This document shows positions 50,430 through 64,000 of a stretch of DNA of 64,000 nucleotides, piece after piece. Every line of letters begins with the position of its first letter. Position 1 is the stretch's first letter. Source of the DNA: Cycas panzhihuaensis. Taxonomy: Eukaryota; Plantae; Cycadophyta. The notes under the pieces were generated by a model. The model saw only the letters and a program-made list of their open reading frames with translations. It was not told the origin of the DNA and did no database searches. A program made the position numbers and the translations under genes. Location: the NCBI GenBank assembly GCA_023213395.1, contig CM041465.1, positions 211,551,741 to 211,615,740 on the forward strand, read 5' to 3'.

Positions 50430-53400
50430 TACTACCCTCTTTTTTAGCCCCTACCAAAAAATAAGGTGTAAATAAATAAAGACAAATTTACCTTTTAGTA
50501 AAAGGTGTAAAGAATGATAAGTGAAGAAAGATCCAACAAGTTTAGAAATACTAAGATGACATTAAAGATCAAAATAAGAGAAAGGCACATAAATTATTAA
50601 AGAAAAATTAGGAGTTGATCACTATGCAGGAAGTGTTGATATATGAAACTTTCACACAAGATAAGTACATGCAGACAAACTATATGTAGGAAATGCTCTT
50701 TCAAGAAGTTGACTAATACATATAATTCCTATAGATTGTTCTCTCATGGGTAGATTTTATTTAGAAGCACTATTCTACAAAATAGATAGTGACACAAGAA
50801 AGGGTGATGCAAGAAGTCATCATATCATAAAGTAACTTGTGGGATATAAAAACGTGTTGAAAAGACTATTGGGACACACAACTTAACACTAAAAGTAAAA
50901 TTTCATTCTCATAGTAATATACATTTATAAAAGGAGATACAAAATGATGAAATAAAGTAATATCTGTGAAAACATAGATGAAATAATATGTTATTGCATG
51001 ATTGCTCCTTATACGAACATGACTTTTGCAATGAAGCTTATGAAAAGCAATAACAAGCAAGAAAGTACAATGCAAAAGAAAGATAAAAAATAAATAGCTG
51101 TTACATATGGATTTCATTTATAAAGACTCATTTTGCAAACACTTCTTCAAATAGGGCACTGACATGGGAGACTATAATACAAGAATAAGTAATACAGGAT
51201 GGTTTGATATAGGTGGACATGATGTAGGAGAAGATTCAAAGACTTATATGGGATATTCTCATGTATAATGAACCCACATGGGGTTGTATTTTTGTGATTT
51301 TAAGATTCAGAATATCCAAAGTGAATTATCATGAGGATATACATAGGATGGAAACATAATGTAACCTTGGTCTTTGATCTTAATGTGCTCTTTTAATTTA
51401 TAGACATTGATTTCCTAATACCCACCATGATTAAAATCTAACTACTTAATGTAATATATCTTAATGACTCTAGTATTATTGATATATTTTTAATATGATT
51501 ATATGCTCAACTAATAAGAAACTAGTTCAAGATTGAAAAGGTTGCAAAACAACAAGTGATCATGATATGGACATTAAACTATACTACACATGCCTACATT
51601 GTCTTAATGGTTATAAAACAAGTTTTTAGTAAAAAGAAAGTTATATAGTATGCATAACCTACAAGCTAAAATATTAGAAATGGGAATTGAATTATCTAGC
51701 TTTGCATATGGATGATTGAAGAAATGTCATAGTGGGCATGCTTACAAAGGATTTGTAGAATTTAATATGTCCTTATTAGTAGGATGACCATAAGAGACAT
51801 GAATCATGAAATATTTCAAACCCTATATTGTGAAAATAGTCAAATATAGAAAAATAATATAACATAGGTTGAATTCTTATCTAACATAAAAGCTCCCCTT
51901 ATTAAGGATTATAGTATAAAAACTATGGAAGATTTGATAGGGTGAAGTTAGATATATACATAGAGGAGGCTAACTATGAACATGGAAGTCTAATTGTGAG
52001 GATGGTTATAGATGGGCATAGCAAGTATTATAGAGTTATAATTTTTCCCATTCATCTATTATTGATTGTTAATTTCATAACATATTATTGATACATAACC
52101 TACTACTTAAGCAAGGTTAATATACTAGATTCTAGTTTTTGTATCTAGGTAGAAGATTAGGAATCATGCATATCATTAGCCAACTTTGATGAGTAACCAA
52201 ATAGTCTTCATCATGATGGATGTTTTAACAATAGTACTCAGCAAAATTTCATAGTATCAAAGTGATCAAGACTACTTCAATAATAGGACTTGTAAGGTTG
52301 TTATAACAAAAGTGCCCCCTTATAAGGGATTCATGTAACAATTATAACCAACTAATCATGCCTTCACAACATAGAAGTTACATAATACATTATATAAATG
52401 TGCAATAATAGGACCAGAAAGGGAGGAAAAAAGTTGGGGGAAGAAAGGGGGTGGAGCTGGAGTTATATTTTCCTTCTCTTCTTAGAAAATTTCTTCTCTC
52501 TTTATCTATTATTCTTCATTTTTCTTTATTTCTCCACTATTATATATCTACACATGTATTTTAGGAAAGAAATATATTTTAGTAAGAGATAATTTACATG
52601 AAATATAATTGCTTTCAAACTTGTGAACTCTTCAATATGTGCATTTTTCTACTAAAGACTAGGTCCTTACTATTTCATTAGTTTGTACCAATTAATTTTT
52701 GTTGGGTAGCACTTTTGCACTTAGGCATTCTATTATATGCAAACTATTTTCATATTGGAATGCATATTATCTTAAGAAATGAGTACTTAATTTATTAAGC
52801 ACATTATCTGATGTCTTGATGTAAACATTTTCATTTAGTGAATAAAGATAAAAATCTTATATTTGTTATATTATTTATTGATCATCATTTATATTTTCCT
52901 TTTAAGTCTAGGGTTAATAATTATATGAATATATGCTAGGATGTTTAATTATATTTTAGAAATTAGCTTTGGGCTATTAGGAAAGCACATAATCTACGTT
53001 TTCAACATTGATATTAATGATAATAAGAGGATTGAGCATGAAGTTAGTGAGTGCAGAGGAAAATAAGAACCTTCATAATGTTGCAAGGGGTATTTGCTTA
53101 TTGATTTAGGTTAGGCAAATAAAGAGATTAACCAAGTTTCTTATGCTATGCATATATGGTGAGGAAATTAAATTTGTTTCTCTTCATTTTTGCTTAGTTT
53201 CCCCTTTGTTTCCTTTTTTTTTCATTCTCTTATTCTCCCTTTTACCTTTCCTTTTATACTCTGAAAAATGCCTATTATAACTTTGCTTAATGGCCATTAG
53301 TTTTTCATATTTGTATAATATGTATATCATGTATTTTATGTATTATATGAGCTAATATGACCATGCTATGGAGTTAGACATTTTATGTTTGTCCCTCTAT

Positions 53401-55252
53401 TGTTTGTCCTTATCTATAAAACATGTAGACCAAATTTTGTTACAGTCAATCCTTTGGGGTGTACAACTATAAAGAATAGATAATAATATCTAAGGGGTAT
53501 CTTAGTAGCATTAGTATGATTTCCTTTATTATCATCTATTTTATTTGATTTTCTCCCTTTGTCTTTTTAGAATTCCACGGTAATGCTCTCTTTCCCATAT
53601 ATTATTCTTCCTATAATATCCTTATAGGATCCTTTTTATGGTGACAATGAAAGACCCTAATTATATCAACACTTACTTTGAACCCATGTTTAGCATAACT
53701 AAGGCTCTTAGGATTTTCATCTCTTCAAATATATTAATTTCTATATTTTTGGATCTTATGAGTTTTGTTCCTCAAGCTTTTTATATCATGGCCTAGTTTT
53801 TTATTCCACCTATAGATAGATAGAATCTATGAATGGTAATGAAACCAATGTAATTAAGCTATAAATCAACCCATTTTTCATTAGTAAATTCCCACCTATT
53901 ATTAATATCAATCTTACTCATTCATCATGCATCATTCTCATTTTGTTCCACTTAGTTTACCAATTCATCATATCAAAGATATATGGCATGATAAATAGGC
54001 AAAATCACAATGGATTATCAATGAGCTATCATCATCTTGAATTATCTTAGCAACCTGATCTCTAACATGAAAAAAAAAAATGTTCTTACTTGAATTGATA
54101 TATGTTTCTCATACTATAAAACTATATATAATTGGCTCATTTTCCCATCAATTTTTAAAATATATGTTTAGAGATTACAACTTATCATATTTGAACTAAT
54201 GTTAAGCAATTGCTAACCATTTAATTTACATGTAAATAATATCTACTTTCTTAACTAATTATTTATTTAATAACTAATTTAGTTAAATAGTATATACTTC
54301 ACCATCTAAACTCTTCTTTTGCACAAAATAAAAAACTATCACTATAAATCGAGCCGTAAGTTAAACTTTTGTGAGTATTCTAAATTATCTTGATTATCAA
54401 CCAAATTGACTATAAGCTTTTTAATTGGTCTTTCTAATATCAAAAATTAACCTTGTGTCCTCCATAAATTGAAACCCTATTCAGAAACCAACTTTTCTCT
54501 ATCAAATTCAAGGGTGTACATTTTATCCTTCTATAACATCCATGGGGGAATACTTCTGTGATGTGTTTATTGCTAAATCCTTTTTATCATAAAGTAACAA
54601 ATATGAAAAAGATAATTTGGATATATAGTTGATATTATATTAATGCTCATAAACATGATGGAGATTACCTAACATAAAATTATTAGAATACAATGAAGGA
54701 AAATGAGAAATAGAAGATGAATTTTGTAAACCTAAACTCATAACTTGGAACAGAGTAGAATCTCATGATTTGATCCATGCTTGATGATCAAATAGATGAT
54801 GAAAGAGCCATACATGCTCTCACCTAATTTTGTAGAAATCTAAGTTTAAGAGGAACCATCATATCATCAATGAGAATGTTTTAATTTAGCAAGCATAAGA
54901 GTCATCACAACTTTAAAGAGAGTGGATGTCATAATGCCCTCCTTGAATAATGTGAGACATGGAAGAATCTCAATATGAATTCAAAATAGGTAATGCATTA
55001 AAAACCAATATACCTTTGTCTTCATTTTCATTAATTTTCATCTCCTCCCTTTGTTCCTCTTCCTCTTCTTCTTCTTCTTTATCCTCTTTTTTTAATCCAT
55101 CACCAATAACATGTTTTTCATTGTTTTCCTCATCTTCTTAACATCATACATTTTATTTTTAATATTTAAATACATTTTTAGACTTGACTTAGCCAAATTT
55201 CATTTTAGTTTTATTCCCTTCCTTCCATTATTAAAATAGTCAAATATTTCAA

Positions 55253-58009
55253 TGTAATAACCCCATTGATGCTCATGACTTTGCCTTGATAGAATCCACT
55301 CAAATTTCCCAATAAGGCTAGCACCAAATATATAACAACCCCACTATTTCTCATGATGTTACCTTAATAGGATCCCTCTACCTACCCCCTAAAAGAATAT
55401 CCTAATAAGGCAATACCAAGTGGTCCAAATCTTGAATTTACAAATGCTTGAATTAAGTAAAGCATACACAGTAAAAACATTTGCTCATGGATTTGATAAA
55501 TTCAAGATAATAAAGGTATTTATCACATAAAAATGGATTTTCTTTATAGTTGAAAACAAGTGCAATAATACATAGAAATTAAGCAATGTGTGTCCCTTAA
55601 AGAGTTAAATATAAATTATAGAATGATTAATAAAAGACATAGTATCTCTGTTCACCATTTGAATACATTTTGCAGATATTCATTTTGATTGAAAATGTGG
55701 CCAACCATATTGCTTCAAATGGATTCACCACCCAACCAATAACAATCTTATGAAGGAAATCTCCCCCGAGTTGGAGCACATAATATGAACATAAGAGTAC
55801 AGGTGGTTCTCTCTTCACTAAATCTTCCAAATACATCCTATACATAAAACTATTCTAAAATATAAAATTTGTAATTTTTTGTTGTTGTTGCAAGCTTTTA
55901 TTCACTATTATAATGCATTTCATAACATCATACTTTACTCATTCCTCATGAAAAAACTAGAGATTCCATCTATGTATGGCTCTTTAATAGGCCAATCTCA
56001 ATGAACTACCTTAGTATACAACTTTCATGTTAATAATCTTATATTTGTTCATATTGCCTACTCATCTAAATGGGTTTTGTATTTTATACAACATAACACT
56101 CATCAATAATAAGAATGTGAATCTATACCCTATAGGCATTACCTCATGCACATCCCAAAGATAACCAAAAGGGAATCCTCCACCTCATACATAAAATATA
56201 TAAAGCATAGGGGAAACCTCACCCTATCTCAAACCTAATCCTTTGTAATGATAATAACCAGACCATAGGAGGAATCCATCACTTATCTCAAACCAAATAC
56301 ACCACAACAACAATAACCAGACTATAGGGAGAATCCTCAACCCTATTTTAACCTATAACTTTAACATCCATAAAATAATCTAATGAGATTAAGGTATCAA
56401 ATTATACATGCATAAATGATCTAGTCTAATTATGTCCCCTTGCAAGATAACAATGGGCCCCAATAGGATTACTAACCAAATATGGATGACTACCTATGAA
56501 AATAATAATCTTATACTGTAGAATTTTCATGCAATTGAATAATAGAAGCTAGACTTCTAGCTAGTAAATCTAATGTTTCTCAAACTATAAAAAATATTAA
56601 GTAGGCTAGTCATTAAACCATAATTCCTAAACATGAAACTAGACTATTACTTCAACCTATTTTCTGTATGTAGTAATATGTACTCTAAAAGAAAATTAGA
56701 TATTTTCCTTGAATTATTTGCTAGTTATAAAAGCACAAGCCATCATTTTATATCACCTATATTCTTTATGTTCTTTAAGCTCTTCTCTACCTCCAACTAT
56801 ATCAACTCATTCTCTATAATATTTTCTCTCTCTTTCCTATATCTATTTTATTATTCATATATTTTTCTCCCTTTTATAGTAGTGGTTCATTGCTAATAAA
56901 TCTAACCTATGGTAGTTGTATACTATTTTTAGTTATATAGTTTGAAGAAATTATTAGTTGTCCATCATATCTAAACTATCATGCATCTATTACATTATGC
57001 ATCTCTTAATAATATTTTCTATTGAGACATCTAAGTTTTTTTATTACAACTCTAATGAGTAAAGCCTAACATGGCTCCATTTACTAATAAGAAAATAATG
57101 AATGGAACAAGGTAGGTTTGTCATCTACGCATGGTGGACTTTTATCATCCAAGTGTCTTGGTGCTTTTGATACTAGCCCAACAAGACTAATTTGGTATAA
57201 TTCTACCAATAAATTAGATAGTTATGACTGAGATATAGAGTATGGTGCTTTGAGACTTCTTCCTACATTTGCACGCCTCTATGAATTTTCCTTCTCCTAC
57301 ATGAACCGTTCCTATAAGGCATCCCTTTTATGAGACTTCTCCCTCAAAACACCTCCTTTGTAGGACTCCTCTCTCCCATAAGATAGATCTCTTGTGAAGC
57401 TTCTCTTTTACCAAAACACTTCACCTACAGGATTTCTCTTCTATAAGATTCTCTTCTCCTACTAAACTAATTGCTATAAAACATATCTCATTTACACAAT
57501 GGCTAAAAGTATTTTACTCAAAGAATTTGATATGTAGATCAACTAAATTCTATACCTAAATAAAACCATAAAGGCTTCTAAATAAATTATCTACCCTTAT
57601 ATTCATTTCACCCCTCTATTATTCCTTTGTTCATATCACATGATCTGTCATTTATACTATCATCTAGAATAATATGGTTGGCTTTTATATTATGCAAGCC
57701 CTAATAATATAAAATAAAGCTAACATAATTTAAGGTGTTAAAGGACAAATCTAATACCTTGTAATATGATATAATATAAACACACTATCTACTCTAATAG
57801 ATAAAAGAATGGTGTAACCTCATACTTAGTAGAGCATAGAATAAACTTCCACCTTACATAGGGTGAACAAAACTATGAAAGGAAATGAATTTACATATGA
57901 ACAAAGCTAAGAGATGAAGAAAAATTTACATACATATATGCATGGCTTAAGAAGTAACCTATTTAAGAAAGATAGGAAGATCAAATTAGTTTAGAATTAG
58001 GTCCTTACA
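55253..58009 (-). repeat. Tekay-like 3' LTR (~2.75 kb)
   Basis: Left ~900 bp aligns to 63187..64000; right end defined by TTACA plus the PPT. Confidence 0.8.
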
Positions 58010-58059
58010 TCCCCCTACCCTTAAAAAAAAGTATCAACCTTTATGCATTCTTGTGTACT

Positions 58060-61000
58060 ACAAATAAATAAAAGGTCCTACTATCACATATTATCTTCTA
58101 ACTCCTATGTAACTTTTTTTGGAGTCAAGTTCTACCATTACACTTTTACATACTTGATGACTCTATTTCATAACACTTTCTGCCTAATAGCTAATATTCT
58201 TATGGGTTCCTCTTTAATGTTAAGACTTCATCTTGCTACATAATTATTCTAATTGAATATTTGTTTTAAGTCTAGTACATATTTCTTTAATAATGAAATA
58301 TGAAAGACATTATATACTTAAAGGTTAGGAAGTAAAGTAAGCTTATAAGAAACCTGTCCTATTTATTCTAAAATTTTAAAAGGGCCACAATACCTTGGCA
58401 AAAGTTTCTTGCATGATCCCAAGTTAAACAAGTTATGCTTGGGCCTCACTTGTAGAAACATGTGATCACTAACTTGAAATTATTTTGGTGTTTGTTTCAA
58501 ATCTACATAGCTCTTTTTCTTATCTTGAACTATTTTTAGTTGTTATTTGATGCTAATCACCTATTTCTCCATCTCTTATAATAATTTTAGACTGAATACA
58601 TATATGTCCTTTAAGATTTCTTAGCTCATAGGTGTGTTGCACTTTCTATCATATAGTGCTTTAAAGGGACTCATTTCCATGGAAGCATGTATTATATTTT
58701 TAAAGTAAATTCAACTAGATGAATGTGATTCTCCTAGTTAGATGGTCATTCCATTGTATACATTCAAAATAGGTCTTCTAGTGCTTGATTTACTCTTTAT
58801 ATCTAGGCATCAATCTCTAGATGGCATGTTATGCTAAATTTTAACTTAGTGCCTAATTCTTGAAATATGGTTCATTAAAACCTCAAAGTAAATTTGGTAT
58901 CTTGATCAAATACAATGGCCTTAGGATTTCATTTCCTTTATAAAGATAATAACAATTTCTGAGGTATTATAAGTAGTGTGGATAGGAATACAATGCATCA
59001 ACTTAGTTAACTTATCCACAACTACTGTGATAACATTATGCTAATGGTTTCTCCTTAGAAAACTTTTAATAAAATCCATTGTGATCATTTCCCAGTTCCA
59101 CTTTAGGATTTGTAATGGTTGTAGTAGTCCCACCAAATTCTTTTGTTGACCTTTGACTCTTTAGTACATAAAGTATTTGACAATAAAGCTTATGATATCA
59201 TTTTCCATTCCTAGACAAAATAATTATCTCTTCACAACTATATATGTTTTATAATAACCAAGGTGGCCTAAATATAAAGTTTCATGTACTTCATACATGA
59301 TTGATTCCTTAGTTCTTGAGTTGGGTTACACATAGATCCTTTGTTAGAATGTGAACACACCATTCTCTAACATGCAAAAACCTACATACTTTTTTAGGAA
59401 TTTGGGATCTATACTCTCTTGTACTTACTACCTTTATAGAAATTCTTTTGCTTGCTAGTAAAATCTCTTTGTCTCATATGATTTTATAACACAATCCATT
59501 AATCCAATTTGATGCATACTTATAAAAGAAGTATTCCATCTCTGAGTTAAGGCATTAACCACTTTGTTTTCCTTGCCTTTAATATAACATAGTTAAAAGT
59601 AAAATTTAGATAGATATTCCATCCACTTGTAGTTTTATGCATTCAAATGAGACTGAGTAAAGACATATCTAAGGTTGTTGTGGTTAGTATGAAACTCAAA
59701 ATTTCTACCAAATAAGTAGTGAATCTACATTTTTAGTGTATGCATCATCATAACAAGTTCTAGATCATGAATAAGATAGTTTCTTCCATAATCTTTTAGC
59801 TTTCTCAACTCATAAGGGATAACTTTCCCATATTACATCAATATTGCACTAAGTCCCTTAATGTTCATATCTATGCATAGCATAAAATCAAAATTTGGGT
59901 TGGGTACAACAAGGACTAAAGTATTGGTAAGCAATTCCTTCAATAATTGGAAATTTTCTTCACATAATATTATCTATAGAAATCTAGCACCTTTGTTTTA
60001 TAGCAAGGTAATAGAGCCTACAATTCTAGAAAATTTTCTCATATACCTTCTATAGTAGACTATGAGACCCATGAAACCTTTTACCTCTTGTATATTCCTA
60101 AGTGATGGCCATTCCATAATTGCCTTTATCTTTTTCATATCAACAAAAATTCTAGCTTTAGAGATAACATGCCCCAAGTAATAGACAACCTCCTTTTAGA
60201 ATTCACACTTGTTAAGTGTTTGGCTTATGTTATCACAATAATTACAACACTATACATAAATGCTCTTCATGTTACTCCCTAGTATTTGAATAAATTAAGA
60301 CATCATCAATAAATACCATCATAAATTAATCTAGGAATTCTCTAAATATATTGTTCATGAAATATATAAACATTACAAGAATGTTTATCAAAATGAGTGA
60401 TATAACTAAGAACTCATAATGCCTATATCTCATTCTAAAAGTAGTTTTAGAAATGTCCTCTTACTTTATCCTAATTTAGTAATATCTTGAGCTCAAATAA
60501 ATGTTAGTAAATAACATGGTACCTTTCATTTAAATAAATAAGTCATTGGTTTTGGGCAAAGGATATTTATTTTTTATTATGGCTTTGTACAATTATCGAT
60601 TATCTATACATAATTATAGAGCCTTGTCCTTCTTCTTAACAAATAGAACTAAAGCTTCCTAAGATGAAGCACTTGGTTTGATAAATCCATTATCCAACAA
60701 ATCTTATAGCTACATTTTTAGTATTGTTAATTCTTGCATGGATAAATGATAAGGCACCCTAGAGGTTATTATTGGTCCTAGTACAAGTTTAATAGGATAA
60801 TCAATGTCTTACTTGGGAGGTAGTCATTGAAGTTCAACTAGAAACATAACCTTAAATTCTTGCACCTTTAAATGGTCTTCTAAGTTTAGTACTTTAAGTA
60901 TCACTTATTGAAATGGGATGTATAAGTTTGAAAGCCCACCCTTAAATATTTCTTGACCTACATTATAGAAATCTACTAACTACTACCTAGAATTTTCTTT

Positions 61001-62300
61001 CCTTGAATAAATGCTAGTTCTCCATCAACATTCTAGTATTCAACCAATGTATTGTAATAATAAATTTTGGCATGATGAACTTCCATCTACTCCAAGCTAA
61101 AAATGGCATCATAATCACCTAGTGGTAGAATTTAAAAAGTAATAGATATAGACCATGTTTCCCATTATAATGGGAAGGTATGAATTTAGTTACTTTCCTT
61201 TTTATGCCATTCACCATATGTGTAGTCCATTTCATCTTATGAGATTATGGCATGAGCTTATATTTATATATGATGCTATAATACAAAAGGTCATGTCTAC
61301 TTCCAAAGTCAATTAGTAGGGTGAGATGTTACCCAGTGATCTTATCAACTGCCTGGACCATAGTAAATTTGTCGATCGATTTATTTTCCCTTGATTGTGG
61401 CATGTGCATATATATGATCTACTTATTGGGCTTCACTGGCCACCATAGGTTGAATATCTATATTTTGGATTGCTCCTTCTATTATTAATTTTTGTGGATA
61501 ACCTCAAGCAATATGTCCTTTCTCTTTAGACTAATAACATATAGTTTCACTTAAATCCCTTAAAACATTGGCTTGTTACAAATTAGATCTTATGTTACCC
61601 TAAGGATGGTCATAATTTCTCCCTTCTTGGTTAAATCTTAGAAGTTTAAAAACCTTCCTTGATGACCATAGTTTTTCTTACCTTTTTTCCCTTCTAGATA
61701 GTTGGCCTATCATGCATCCTTGTCCACTGGTCCTCATAATATTTGGATTTGTGGATTGCCTCCTCTAGAGTTATTAGCTCAAGTATCCTAATTTTATTTT
61801 AGATACTCTCATTCAATACACTAAGGAACCTATGTTTTTTATCATTCTCTACTCAAGTATAAGGTATATCTCAAAGAAATTCCATAAATTCTCTCTTATA
61901 TTTTTCCATAATCCTCCTTTCTTACTCCAACTCATGGAAGGATTTTATCCTCTTATTATAATATAGCTCAAATAGGTATTGTTATTTGAAGTATTTAATG
62001 AATTTGCTCCATCTTATTTCTCTCCCTCATAATCCCTTCACCTTCTTATGGTGATCCCCCCTTCAAGATACTTTCCCTATTAAGTTATATACAACCATTC
62101 ATACTTTCTCATTAGAGTTAAAGTCATTAAACCAAGCTTCTATTTCTCTGTCACCATTAAGTTCTCCACTGAAGGTAGGCGGATTTATCTTCCTCATTTC
62201 ATATTGGAGTGATCTGCTTCCACCTTCTTGTTCTCTTCATATTACTCTTTGAGTTTCATTGGAAGATGTAATATTGGAGGAATAATACTCTTTATTGTAA
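58060..62300 (-). pseudogene. Tekay-like gag-pol with C-terminal chromodomain
   Basis: Chromodomain EEPIRILAIRQKVL(R)NRVIKYVKV(Q)W..VT(W)ELEDNM (58070-58215), with integrase, RH, RT, PR and gag remnants in gypsy order. Confidence 0.9.
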
Positions 62301-63186
62301 TCCTGAGATCTTCCTCTTCTATCTCTTTTGCTCAAATACTCATGAGTTCATGGTTCTTGTGACTTCTTCTTCTAGTACTCCTAGTATTTTGGATCTTTTT
62401 GGTCATTTCTATATTAAGGGTTTATTGGATGTTGTAGAGAATGGCTTCATGGTTTCTCAGGATTCTTTCATTATTAAATTTATAACTTCATAGTTACTAC
62501 TATTATTCACAAATAGTTTCTACTAAAACCTGAGAAATATCAAGTTGTATAGATACTCTCTACCTTGGAATTTCTTCTATTTCCATGTGTTTAAAATTTA
62601 GACCTCCCCAGTCCTCTTGAGATGTTGATATCTCATCCTTCATTCTTCCCATTCCTTCTCAATAAAGTGATCTACAATTTTGTGCCTTCACTTCAATTTG
62701 ATAACCTACTAAATTTGTCTTAGAAAACCCTAACAACACTTATCACTCTTACAACATACTAAATCCTAGTAAGAACTTATCAAAGTTATAATGTATAAAT
62801 CCTTAGTAATAGTCTTTTAATTTTACAACTTATAAAACTCTATAAACTAGTTATCAATATAAAACTCTAGTAACAAATTGTTAGTACTGCAACATATGTT
62901 ATTCAAACAACAATCTACTAACATCACAACTTATAAAATCCTAATAACTGTTGTCAATGTTACAACCTTAAAATTAATCACTTATAATCTCTTGGTAAAC
63001 TTCAAGCTAACTCCAAACCAGAGTATAGTAAGCTCTTCAAAAGCTTTGAATCTAATAAGTGCTTATTGATTACTTCTCTCATATATGGGCTTCAAACCTA
63101 GTTTCCCCAATAAGCCTTTATAGGCTTTCAACATAGTTCTACTAAATTCTTATAAGATTTCAAATCCAACTACACTCATACTAATC

Positions 63187-64000
63187 TATAACTACCCCAC
63201 CAATGATTATGATGTTGCCTTGATAGAATCCCCCCCTCTTGAATTTCCCTACAAGGTAGCACTAAGTAGTCCAAATCCTAAATTTGCAAAAATTTAAATC
63301 AAAACCATACACATTAGAAACCTTTACTCATGGATTTAACAAATTCAAGATAATAAGGGTGCTTATCACATAAAAATGGATTTCCTTTACAATTGAAAAT
63401 AAGTGAAACAATACATAACAACCAAGTAATATGTGTCCCTTATAGAGAGTCATACAAACTATAAAATAATTAACAAAAGGTATAGCATCTTTATTTACCA
63501 TTTGTATATAGTTTGCACATATCCCTTTTGACTAAAAATGAGGCCAAGTTGATTTCTTTAGATGGATTCACTACCTAAACAATAGAAATATTATGAAGAA
63601 AATATCCTCTAAGTTAGATCATGTGATGTGAATGTAGAAGTATTAGTGGTTCACTCTTCACTTAATCCCCTAGACTATATCCTATAAATGAAACTATTTT
63701 GAAATATAAAATATTCAATTTACTGAAACTACTATAAGCTTTTATTCATTATTGTAATAAATTTCATAATATCATACTTTACTCATTTATTATAATAAAA
63801 TAAGAGATACCATCTATGTATATCTCCTTATTAGGCCAACTTAATGGGCTACATTACTATTCAACCTACATATCAATAATCTTGCATGTGTTTACATTAC
63901 TTGCGCATCTCAATGGGTTGTGTGTTTCATACCACACAACATTTATCAATAGTAAGAGTGTGAATATATAACCTATAAGCATTACCTTATGTACATCCTA
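63187..64000 (-). repeat. Tekay-like 5' LTR (partial)
   Basis: Aligns with 55253/55331..56155; degenerate Met PBS (CTCATACTA) at 63175-63183. Confidence 0.85.

Larger units (their letters stand above)
55253..64000 (-). mobile_element. Chromoviral Ty3/gypsy (Tekay/Del-like) element; 5' LTR runs off the window
   Basis: LTR copies start at 55253 and 63187. PPT rc AAGGGTAGGGGGA (58010-58022) abuts TGTAAGGACC. gag RKINPPTFSG..EAWF (~62190), RT VFIDDVLIYS (~60300), integrase WEMITMDF (~59085), chromodomain. Confidence 0.9.

Overview
This 64 kb window is AT-rich, strongly CpG/CHG-depleted plant DNA (probably a large gymnosperm-type genome; inference). It contains no intact host gene and is almost entirely nested, decayed LTR retrotransposons. 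Nesting was reconstructed from LTR pairs, TSDs, PBS/PPT sites and reading frames that rejoin across insertions. An old + strand Ty1/copia (Copia-1; <1..~49692) is split in its RT by a minus-strand Ty3/gypsy Tat element (Tat-A; 914..47504, ~2.45 kb LTRs). Tat-A carries a + strand copia lacking protease and integrase (Copia-2; 8733..15025) and a related minus-strand copia (Copia-3; 19778..42444). Copia-3 in turn carries a second Tat element lacking RT/RNase H/integrase (Tat-B; 24546..39584). Two solo LTRs (48310..48966, 49933..50429) and a minus-strand chromodomain-bearing gypsy (Tekay/Del-like; 55253..>64000) follow. The most interesting signal is in the 3' regions of both Tat elements. Each holds a two-gene cargo: a stand-alone sense-strand archaeal-type RNase H with a shared unknown N-terminal domain, and an antisense, apparently spliced Plant Mobile Domain (PMD)-like gene. 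The two genes are in swapped order in the two elements, and both survive in the element that lost RT and integrase. All translations are of stop/frameshift-ridden pseudogenes read by eye; divergences are rough manual counts.
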